From Phyllobates terribilis (lineage: Eukaryota), in assembly GCF_046119375.1 (NCBI RefSeq), contig NW_027362767.1, forward strand, positions 260,648,001-260,712,000: a stretch of 64,000 nt of DNA, read 5' to 3'. The notes under the pieces were generated by a model. It was not told the origin of the DNA and searched no databases. It saw nothing but the letters and a program-made list of their open reading frames with translations. The position numbers were made by a program, and so were the translations under genes. Positions 12,228 through 22,029 of this stretch are shown here, piece after piece (positions within the stretch are counted from its first letter, which is position 1; the number at the start of each line of letters is the position of its first letter).

Positions 12228-13115
12228 GGCTGTGTGCCCACGATGCGTTTTTTAAGCGTTTCCGCAGCGGCAAAGACACTTAAAAACCGCATGGTAGAAG
12301 GCCTGCCATGTTCCCCAATGATAATCTGCATGTGCTGTGCACATGCTGCGGAAATTTCCACTGCGGATTATCATTGCGGAAAAAAAAAGCAGCACTACCA
12401 ATTATTTTGCGGAAGCTCTGCGTTTTCACCGCCATTGACTTGCATTAGAACGCATGGATTACGCATCACTGCATAAGTAGATGCGCATTCCATGCGTTCT
12501 AATGTGCGGATGGTACCCGGGTGTAGAGGAGAGGAGAGTCTCCTCCGGACATGGGTACCATTGAAAACTGTAAAAAAAAGAATAAAATAAAAAATACATA
12601 TATACTTACCTTCTGGCGGCCCGCGGTGCGCTCCTCCTTGCTTGGCAGCAGTTCGCGATGGAATGAAGGACCTGCGCGGACGTCAGAGTCATGTGATGGG
12701 TCTCGCGACGCTGACGTCGGCAGGTCATTCACTCTACCGCTGCCGGCAGCCAGGACGGAGGAAATCAAGACAGCGGGGGCCATCGGAGGGTAAGTATACA
12801 TTGATTTTTTATTTTTTGACATTCTCTCGGGTCACAGTATATAAATCCATGCCATTTGAATGGATTTATGTAGTGTGACCAAGTTGTCAAGCACTTTCCA
12901 AGTGATGCTAAAATCGCTTGAAAAGCGCTTGTCAACCCGCATGCGGAAATGCATGTGAAGAACGCTTCACATCCACATGTCCCTGGCAGGAAAAACGCAT
13001 GTACAATCCGCATGTACAATCCGCATGTACAATCCGCATGCGTTTTTTTCTGCCAGGGAGATGCAGAAACGCTCAGGAAAAATCCGGAGCATTTCTGCAT
13101 CGTGGGCACATAGCC
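12228..13115. mobile_element. PIF/Harbinger-type MITE (same TIR family as 9725-10670)
   Basis: TTA|GGCTGTGTGCCCACGATGC ... GCATCGTGGGCACATAGCC|TTA. Confidence 0.85.
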
Positions 13116-13279
13116 TTAAGTAAAAAAAAAATATTTTCAAGTAAGAATTGTATCAAATTTAGTATAAACTCATTTAATTATTTTGTATAGAGATTGGTAT
13201 TGTTAAGGTGATAGAAGATAGATTGTAATGAGAGATGGTGCGGGATGCTAGGGTATAATGACACAATATCTGTGGTGAC

Positions 13280-13553
13280 TAGTGTTGAGCGAGTATGCTC
13301 GGGCCGAACACCGAGTATTTATAGCTGCTCGGTGATGCGCTTGAATCGCTCCCGTGTGCATGATTTGCGACTGTTTGACAGTTTTATTACATTTGAGGAA
13401 TGTGTAAGAAATAGATATTCCTCCCATGTAGTAAAACTGTCAAACAGTCACAAATCATGCACACGGGAGAGATTCAAACGCATCACCGAGCAGCTGTAAA
13501 TACTCGGTGCTCGGCCCGAGCATACTCGGACAGAACATACTCGCTCAACACTA
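13280..13553. mobile_element. hAT-type fold-back MITE
   Basis: 8-bp TSD GTGGTGAC (13272-13279, 13554-13561). TIR TAGTGTTGAGCGAGTATG. Confidence 0.9.
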
Positions 13554-13959
13554 GTGGTGACCCATTTATCATTACATTCCCACTCAAAAGATTTTAAAGC
13601 AGATAATAAATGCTTGCTATCCCTGATATATCCTGTAGAGGCCAGAACTATAGGCTGTAGTAGCTGATCAATCCATGCTGCAGTTCTTTCAGTAAGTGAA
13701 CCAATTCCAGTCACAATGGGGCGGAATGGGGGTGGAAATGTTTCTTTGTGCAGTTTAGGAAGGATGTGCAGTAATGGGCACACTGGTGACTCAGTTAATA
13801 GATATTCATACAATTTTTGATTAATGAGTCCCACCAATACAGTTACACTGGAGTAGCTCTGGGTGGGCCCCTGAGAGCACAGGGCCCGGGGCCACTGCAC
13901 ACCCCCCCTCCCCCCCACCAGTAGCTATGCTACTGCCCTGTCTGATTTCAGCCTGATTT

Positions 13960-14207
13960 GCATATCGCTTCAATGCTAGATTTATCAACAACCTCAACAA
14001 CACCGGAGCTACTGCAGCCCCTCAACCTACTGTCTCCCTCCCCATCCTGTAGAATGTAAGCCGGCAAGGGCAGGGTCCTCTTCCCTCCGTACTGTTCTAT
14101 CATTGTTAGTCATTTACTGTAAGTGATATCTGTATTTGGTATGTAACCCCTTCTGATGTACAGCACCATGGAATCAATGGCGCTGTAGAAATAAATAATA
14201 ATAATCA
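13960..14207 (+). mobile_element. L2 LINE 3' tail fragment
   Basis: GAATGTAAGCC..GGCAGGGTCCTC..ATGTACAGCACCATGGAATCAATGGCGCT..AAATAAATAATAATAAT. It matches the 3' end of the L2 at 27074-27250. Confidence 0.7.
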
Positions 14208-14559
14208 TCATGACTACAAAAAAAAGTTTAATTTTTATTTAGGGGAAAGCACATACATGTTCGTACCACTACTCTCATGTAAAAGGGAGCATGTTAGCAC
14301 ATTTCTACGTTATTTATATATTGCCAAGTAGATCTCCACATTGTATAATTGTAAAATTATGTTATCCTCAAATGCATCATGTATCTACACATATAATGTT
14401 ATTTAAACATCCACTGTTCAGCTCAGTCGAATAAAAACAGTGTATAGATCCGAACAGAACATCTCCGTACACTGTGCTGCAGCTCAGCTCCTAATGAAGT
14501 GAATGTGATCTGAGCTGCAGTTCCACAATGTACGGAGCCTAGCTGGTGCGGCTTCATTT

Positions 14560-15063
14560 TCTCATGATTCTGCCTATAGGTATGACTGGAAGAAGTAAGT
14601 GACAGTTCCGGTGTCCAATCTAGGACAGGGGCGTGCTGATCTGTCAGCTTGATGATGGACAGGTCAGCCGTCCAATCGGAGACTTGGGCCTGCTGAGCTG
14701 TCAGGGTGTTGAGTGACAGTTCAGCTGTCCAATCAGGGCCAGGGAGTTCTGGGGCTTCCTTCAGGTGTCTGCTATTCGTGTGATTACTAGCCTATTTAGC
14801 TCTATGCCTCCAGTTAGTACCAGTTGTAGCTTTGCTCAAATGGTGTGCGCTTGCTCTGTTCCTGTATTTGATGGACCTTGCCTTTGCCCATCCGTTTGCC
14901 TTGCCCTTTTGACTTGATCTGCTACCTTCCCAGAATTCTGACCCCCGGACTGTGACCTGACTACACATTTGCCTTACTCCTTGTATATGATGAGCCCTCT
15001 TGGTATCTGATCCTGAACCTCTTGACTAGCCAGCCTCACTGTGTGAGTAGTCACTCGTGCCAC
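14560..15063. mobile_element. Possible solo LTR remnant
   Basis: Repeated CCAATC motifs, a TATTTA-like box, a pyrimidine-rich body and a GTGCCACA end resemble vertebrate Gypsy LTRs. No TSD identified. Confidence 0.3.
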
Positions 15064-15788
15064 ACATTTGCTGTGTAAGATAACAGTTAATTGGTGGGGA
15101 GGCCAGATGTCAGCCCCCCACTGATCTAACAGTGATGACCTAATAAGTGAAAACTCCTTTAACAAAAACAGTTAAAATTAAAATATATATAATTCCCAAA
15201 GTTCACTATTGGACCATCCAGCAACAACAACACTTGCCACTAGGCTAAATACTAATAACTACATACATTAGATATCAGAGTTCTGTGACAGGACACTTCA
15301 AGTAAACATTAGTTTCCAGTGGGGAGAGAGTGCCATCTTGTGGGCACTTATGTATCTACACAATGCTTAACTGCAGCGCTTATTAATACCTGCAAATTAT
15401 AATTTTATAACTGGTGGGGTAGATACACTGAGGAGATGAGTAGTAAAGTACTTATCTCCCGGTCTCACCTGCTCTGTATTCTTCCATGCTTTATGCTGTA
15501 TTACTGTATCTATTAGGATAAGTGCAGTTTTTTTTATGACGCAGCAAAAAAACCAGAAATGCTCCTTTTTTGGGTCATTTTTCAAGCATTTTTGCAGAGA
15601 TTTTTCTCTAATATGTTTTTCTTTCTTTGGGGGAATATTGGAGAGGGCCTAGTCTGGAGTGTTTTCCATCACGAGACACTTCACAGAAAAGACATAGAGA
15701 GGAGAGTTTATATGGGCCCCTAGTGGATGTGACCTGCGTCGTAATGTTCGGAATTCACAGATAGAAAATATCCCAGTTTCCTTATTGA

Positions 15789-17087
15789 GGCGCATGCGTG
15801 CATATACTAAGATGACCGCAAAACTAAAAGGACTTCCTGTTGCAGGCGCCCGACACGCACGCGGTGAGCCGCATGACGTGTCCATTGCGCATGACAGGAA
15901 GTCCGCGGGTCCGTTCAAGCGCATGCGCACTCTCCATAAAGAAATCTCCATATAGACGTGGCGGTGTTGGCAAGGGGCGGGACCCAAACGCAAGGTACGG
16001 ACAGGGGAAAAGAAAAAATACAAAATATCGGGGGAATACATAGGCAAGGAAAATAATACTGAAAGGGACACCCGGACATGTATGATAGAGTAAGAACTGG
16101 AGAAAAGGAAAGAAGAAGAAAAACCAAGGAAGAGGAGATAAGAAAAATAAAAATAAGAAGCAGATGTGTATGAAGAGGTAAGAGAAGGTGGACAAAACAG
16201 TGAGTGAAGGTGTAGATAATACATGGATGTAAAAATATATGAATAAAGAAATAGTGAAAACAAGTTATGATGACGAAGGAGTGTAAAACGAGTGAAAAGA
16301 AGCGAGGGAAAGAAGATACAATAAGGGTATAGGGAAAAAGAATGAGTGTGAACAGTTGGAAAGATACTAATCATGAATAACAAAATATAACAGTGGTTAT
16401 ACAAAATAATAACAAAATATGCAAAAATAATAATATACAAAAATATTAAGGCCCTTTCCCTTTTGGTCCATCCCAAGCATCATCCAAAAACTGGCCAGTC
16501 TTCATGTAGTCCAAGCCTATCAATAGGGTCGTTTGTATTCCCTATAAATATAATTCATCTGTTTTTTTCTCTTTTTCTTCATCCCTTTACTCTTTCCTTT
16601 ATTTTCAATCCTCAGCGGTATAGTCCGTCCCCATAAAGAGCAGGGAAGAGACCAGAAGGGGCCACCGCACATACAGCAAACGTCCAGGAAAAGAGGACCG
16701 CCCATCCGCCGCGACACATCAAGAGACCATGGTGAGAGCTAGGTGAGAACCGAAAAAATTAAAATCACATAGATAAAAAACCAGACAGATAAAAGGGCAA
16801 AATAACAGGAGAAAAAAAGGGAGAAAGAAACAGACTGGGGATGGTGAGTAAGCACCAGAGGAAGTCCAGAAAATCAGCAAAAAGGAGGAAGTAATAGTAT
16901 AGTAGAACGGATACAATGGAGACCAAGAGAAGATTATAAGAATGCAGAGAACCCAAATTGCTCATTTAGCCCTTGAGGAGAGACAGTACCTAGACGGAAT
17001 ATCCATTTACTCTCCAATCTAGATAGGGCCAAACCCAAATTGCCGCCCCTTATGCCCATATCCACTTGGTCAATACCCTTGATTATC
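15789..17087 (-). repeat. Left arm of 1.3-kb inverted repeat (partner 19603-20956)
   Basis: Mirrored ORFs appear in the six-frame track. Junctions were traced by eye at GATAATC and GCATGCGCC. Confidence 0.95.
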
Positions 17088-19756
17088 TCGAGAGACTGGA
17101 TACATATCTTAGAGCTATTGAGCACGATATGGATCAATGGGAAAATGACATTAGCAAAACTAAACTTAAGAAGTATACTCGAGATGTGCAGGACTATGAA
17201 AATAATAAAGTCTTCAAATGGCAACTTCCTAAACAGAAGAATCCCAACCGACTAAATGCTACGTCCTCTTCAGTCTATGAACCCTCAGGCTCTGAAAATA
17301 GCACCTCTTGCAGTGAATCGGAAGAGACTAGTTCTAAGTATACTAGACCTAATACTAGATTCCAGAAAAAATACCCTGAAATGTTTATGAAAAAAACCAA
17401 CAAAAAACAAAGTGACCGTCTTAAGGTAATAAATTTATCTGACCTTTCTTTAACTGAAACCCAGGTAAGAATACTTGAAAAGGGACTAACATTCTCCCCT
17501 TCTGCTTATCTAGACCCATTCACAGTGGTGAAGGATCTACATTTATTTTCGAGAAAAATCACTTTGCAGAAACTTCATCATAAGCCTGAGCTGGATTCCC
17601 TCTTTCCTACGGAAATTGAGAAAAGAGCTTTAAAAGATCTGGAGGATCTAGAAGCAGAAAGTGAATCTAATATTAGAGGTAGGTTTCCTATGCACCTACT
17701 TCAAACTAGTAAAACCTTTCCCCCAATATCCACGGTTTCTGCAGTGGATGTTTTTACTAAGGTTGTTACGGATGAAATTCTAAAGCTCCCACGGTGCCCC
17801 AAAAATAGACTTAACTTTAGTCAGGACGAGAAATTGGCCCTTGAACAACTGAAAAGACTGCCTAATGTTCTAATCAAACCAGCTGATAAGGGCGGTAATG
17901 TGGTTATCTGGCCTGAACACTGTTATGAGAAACAGGCTTACAAAATTTTGAATTATCCGGGTTGTTACCAGAAACTTACATTCAACCCTCTCTCTCAATT
18001 CCAGGTCCAACTCCTTTCTATTCTTGAAAAGGCGCAGGAAGCTAACATTATCCCCAAAAGAGTGGTGGATCTTATAAGAAAAACCCGACCTCGACTCCCA
18101 GCATTCTATCTGTTACCAAAGGTACATAAGGATCAGATTGATCCTCCGGGTAGACCGATTATTTCGGGTAATGGAAGTCTTTGTGAGCCCATATGCACCA
18201 TCATTGACTTTTTTTTACAACCCTTGGTTCATACCTTACCATCCTTTATTAAAGATACTACTGAAGCTCTTAAAAGGATAAACTTGATACAATTAGAAAA
18301 AGAGTCTGTGATGGTAACAGCAGATGTGGAGGCTCTTTATTCCTCCATAAGGCATGAGGATGGACTGAGGGCAGTCTCCCTGTTCCTACGTGAGAGTAAT
18401 TTGGATCCGGCCACGGTCAACTTGATAGTGGTTCTATTGAAGTTTGTCTTGGAGCACAATGTGTTCATCTTTAATCGGCAGATTTATCTACAGAGACAGG
18501 GCACGGCCATGGGGGCATCTTGTGCCCCCTCCTATGCAAACTTGTTTTTGGGGGCCTGGGAACGGAGTATCTTCCACAATGATGTCATCGATGACATCCA
18601 CCTTGTACAGGAGTGGATGAGATACATCGATGACATTTGGTTCATCTGGGAAGGCACAAACGAACAGTTGGGAAGATTTATGGAACAACTAAATCATAAC
18701 GATCTTAATATCAGACTCTCTTTCCAACAGGGAAGGGACGTCAATTTTCTGGACCTTCATATTCAAACTACCTCTGATGGCCATATTATGACGGATGTCT
18801 TTAGGAAGGAAACTGCGACCAATACATTACTGCATAGCTCTTCCGCTCACCCCCCGTCCACTATTCGGGGTATCCCGATGGGACAATTCTTAAGACTCAG
18901 AAGAATTTGTTCCAATCAAGACTCTTTTCTGGAACAGTCACATGACCTTACCAGACGGTTTCAAAACCGTGGCTATAGTAAAAGGAATATTATGACTGGC
19001 TTCAAAAAAGCACAGAACTCGAATAGAGAGCGACTGCTTTATGGGAATAAAGTGAGTAGGGAGAACAACCAACATATGGCCAGATTCATATCTGATTACA
19101 ACATGCAATGGCCAGAACTCAGGGCAATCCTAAACAAACATTGGAATGTACTTCTTACGGACCCGATATTACAGAAGATCTTACCTGAAAAACCGGCCCT
19201 TGTTGCTAGAAGATCTAAAAATCTCAAGGACTCTTTGGTGCACAGCTATTACGAAAAAAGCTCAGTAAGACTGATGCCTGATGGTAAGAAATGGGGCTTT
19301 TCTAAATGTGGCCAATGTAAAGCCTGTAAAAATTTGGTCTCTAGTAATGAGTTCTGCAATTTTGATAATAGCAGAATATATGAAATCCGTAAAGCCCTTT
19401 CATGCAACTCCAAAGGAGTTATTTATCATGCACAATGCCCTTGCAATAAAATCTACATTGGGCTAACTATGCGGGAAGTTAGGGTTAGGACCAGGGAACA
19501 TATACTGGACATTGAGAAGTCCCTACATGTGGAAGATACATCCAACCTTAGAACCCTCTCTAAACACTTTAAATTGCACCACAGCAGTGACCCTAAAGGC
19601 TTGATAATCAAGGGTATTGACCAAGTGGATATGGGCATAAGGGGCGGCAATTTGGGTTTGGCCCTATCTAGATTGGAGAGTAAATGGATATTCCGTCTAG
19701 GTACTGTCTATCCTCAAGGGCTAAATGAGCAATTTGGGTTCTCTGCATTCTTATAA
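17066..19756 (+). CDS. PLE polyprotein: reverse transcriptase + Cys-rich linker + GIY-YIG endonuclease (896 aa, no internal stops)
   Basis: Motifs LLPKVHK..PGRPII, DVEALYSSI, QGTAMGASCAPSYANLF, RYIDD, FLDL, CGQCKAC, GVIY..IYIGLT..R..EH and PQGLN. Confidence 0.95.
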   Translation: MVNTLDYLERLDTYLRAIEHDMDQWENDISKTKLKKYTRDVQDYENNKVFKWQLPKQKNPNRLNATSSSVYEPSGSENSTSCSESEETSSKYTRPNTRFQKKYPEMFMKKTNKKQSDRLKVINLSDLSLTETQVRILEKGLTFSPSAYLDPFTVVKDLHLFSRKITLQKLHHKPELDSLFPTEIEKRALKDLEDLEAESESNIRGRFPMHLLQTSKTFPPISTVSAVDVFTKVVTDEILKLPRCPKNRLNFSQDEKLALEQLKRLPNVLIKPADKGGNVVIWPEHCYEKQAYKILNYPGCYQKLTFNPLSQFQVQLLSILEKAQEANIIPKRVVDLIRKTRPRLPAFYLLPKVHKDQIDPPGRPIISGNGSLCEPICTIIDFFLQPLVHTLPSFIKDTTEALKRINLIQLEKESVMVTADVEALYSSIRHEDGLRAVSLFLRESNLDPATVNLIVVLLKFVLEHNVFIFNRQIYLQRQGTAMGASCAPSYANLFLGAWERSIFHNDVIDDIHLVQEWMRYIDDIWFIWEGTNEQLGRFMEQLNHNDLNIRLSFQQGRDVNFLDLHIQTTSDGHIMTDVFRKETATNTLLHSSSAHPPSTIRGIPMGQFLRLRRICSNQDSFLEQSHDLTRRFQNRGYSKRNIMTGFKKAQNSNRERLLYGNKVSRENNQHMARFISDYNMQWPELRAILNKHWNVLLTDPILQKILPEKPALVARRSKNLKDSLVHSYYEKSSVRLMPDGKKWGFSKCGQCKACKNLVSSNEFCNFDNSRIYEIRKALSCNSKGVIYHAQCPCNKIYIGLTMREVRVRTREHILDIEKSLHVEDTSNLRTLSKHFKLHHSSDPKGLIIKGIDQVDMGIRGGNLGLALSRLESKWIFRLGTVYPQGLNEQFGFSAFL

Positions 19757-21040
19757 TCTTCTCTTGGTCTCCATTGTATCCGTTCTACTATACTATTACT
19801 TCCTCCTTTTTGCTGATTTTCTGGACTTCCTCTGGTGCTTACTCACCATCCCCAGTCTGTTTCTTTCTCCCTTTTTTTCTCCTGTTATTTTGCCCTTTTA
19901 TCTGTCTGGTTTTTTATCTATGTGATTTTAATTTTTTCGGTTCTCACCTAGCTCTCACCATGGTCTCTTGATGTGTCGCGGCGGATGGGCGGTCCTCTTT
20001 TCCTGGACGTTTGCTGTATGTGCGGTGGCCCCTTCTGGTCTCTTCCCTGCTCTTTATGGGGACGGACTATACCGCTGAGGATTGAAAATAAAGGATAGAG
20101 TAAAGGGATGAAGAAAAAGAGAAAAAAACTGATGAATTATATTTATAGGGAATACAAACGACCCTATTGATAGGCTTGGACTACATGAAGACTGGCCATT
20201 TTTTGGATGATGCTTGGGATGGACCAAAAGGGAAAGGGCCTTAATATTTTTGTATATTATTATTTTTGCATATTTTGTTATTATTTTGTATAACCACTGT
20301 TATATTTTGTTATTCATGATTAGTATCTTTCCAACTGTTCACACTCATTCTTTTTCCCTATACCCTTATTGTATCTTCTTTCCCTCGCTTCTTTTCACTC
20401 GTTTTACACTCCTTCGTCATCATAACTTGTTTTCACTATTTCTTTATTCATATATTTTTACATCCATGTATTATCTACACCTTCACTCACTGTTTCTTCA
20501 TATATATTTTTTTATATCTATGTATTATCTACCCCTTTCACTCACTGTTTTGTCCACCTTCTCTTACCTCTTCATACACATCTGCTTCTTATTTTTATTT
20601 TTCTTATCTCCTCTTCCTTGGTTTTTCTTCTTCTTTCCTTTTCTCCAGTTCTTACTCTATCATACATGTCCGGGTGTCCCTTTCAGTATTATTTTCCTTG
20701 CCTATGTATTCCCCCGATATTTTGTATTTTTTCTTTTCCCCTGTCCGTACCTTGCGTTTGGGTCCCGCCCCTTGCCAACACCGCCACGTCTATATGGGGA
20801 TTTCTTTATGGAGAGTGCGCATGCGCTTGAACGGACCCGCGGACTTCCTGTCATGCGCAATGGACACGTCATGCGGCTCACCGCGTGCGTGTCGGGCGCC
20901 TGCAACAGGAAGTCCTTTTAGTTTTGCGGTCATCTTAGTATATGCACGCATGCGCCGGACCCCTCCATCATCTACATTCATTGCTTACAGCTGGCTGAGA
21001 GTATATATAAAACGAGACAGGATTCACACACACATACGCC

Positions 21041-21078
21041 CCCTCAGAAGAAGCACTCGCGAAACGGCGTCGTCGGGG
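21041..21078 (+). ncRNA. Hammerhead ribozyme motif in the PLE 3' pLTR, variant core CAGAAGA
   Basis: CCCU CAGAAGA A GC-acuc-GC GAA ACG-gcgu-CGU C GGGG. Stems I-III are present and the cleavage triplet is GUC (21072-21074). Confidence 0.65.
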
Positions 21079-21689
21079 TTGGTTCCCTACAAGCTCTCTC
21101 CCTTTGCAGGTACTATACCCTAATCCTTGGATTTTTATATATACACTTGTATTCTTATATACACTACTACCTTTCCTTGGAAGCACTAAGACTTATCACT
21201 TTATTTATACTAATCCCATTACTTGCTTACCTTATTAATTGTTTATGTGCTCATATTAGTTATGATCATTTTCTATATGCACTAGCACTTTATACAGCTA
21301 ATGGTATTCAACTATTGTTATTTTTCTAGTACCTGTACTTTTATTGTTTATGACAATTACTTGCAAGGGGATATTTCTTTACCCAAAAATTGGATTCAGT
21401 GCAATTATTGCATGGTTGAGTGAGCTATTATGTAGGGAACTCAAGGGTTCCTGCTTTTTTATAAAAAATTTTTATTTTTGGTAATTTTTTATCTATATAT
21501 CTAAATAAAAATTATACTTTTAAGCCATGAGTTTTATGTTTTCCTGTTGAAGCTGCACTTATTTTGTGGCAGTTTTCGTGTCTCTAGTGTATCATTGGGA
21601 AACTATACTTTGACCGTTGTGGTATATACAGCTGTACCCATGTAGGACTCCATTCCTACACGCAGCACAGGAGCCACCGCGGTCACTCA

Positions 21690-21990
21690 CCTTCTCAGCA
21701 CATTTCTCCTCAGGTGCAGCTTTATTTCAGTCTCCTCTCAGCTGCTGCGCCTCAAATCAGTAGGTTACTAATAGAGACCAATCAGAATCCACGACTCATA
21801 CACTTAGTGCAGGGCAGAAAAAAAAGCTGAACTCTGATTGGCTGATGAAGTCATAACAAAACAGCAATTCAGAGAGCTCCTTCTTGGAGTCTGATCTCTT
21901 GGCTCCGCCCTCAGGACATGCTGCTCTTTTAATTGGTTAAATCCCTGTCAGTCACATGGCTCCTTGTGAAGAGTGATGTCTCCTGCAGTA
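21690..21990. promoter_or_regulatory. Candidate promoter (CCAAT boxes on both strands, GC box), possibly bidirectional
   Basis: CCAATCAG (~21779), CTGATTGGCT (~21834), GGCTCCGCCC (21901) and ATTGGT (~21932). A minus-strand donor AAG|GTGAGT lies at ~21690. Confidence 0.4.
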
Positions 21991-22029
21991 CTGTGCCCAG
22001 CATAACTCATGATTAGGCATCATAGGGAC

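Larger units (their letters stand above)
9660..13830 (-). mobile_element. Degraded Penelope-like retroelement (RT + GIY-YIG) interrupted by four MITEs
   Basis: Collinear minus-strand fragments: LPKLHK..PFRPIV (~13700), CPMGASFSPSLVNLY (~12170), LYRKPTSGN..HP (~11870), INCSSTYVIY..YVGCTSR (~10900), and WILKLNSRIPNGLN across the 9725-10670 insertion. Confidence 0.85.
15789..21560 (+). mobile_element. Young Penelope-like retroelement (probably Neptune-type), 5'-truncated, with an inverted copy of its 3' region at the 5' end
   Basis: RT+GIY-YIG ORF at 17066-19756. 15789-17087 is the reverse complement of 19603-20956. Hammerhead motif at 21041 and AATAAA at 21504. Confidence 0.9.

Noticed and set aside
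15649-16476. Hydrophobic 235-275-aa ORFs (also 20214-20921) resembling membrane proteins
   Set aside because: They come from the T-rich PLE 3' UTR and its inverted copy. The left one runs out of the arm into unrelated sequence.
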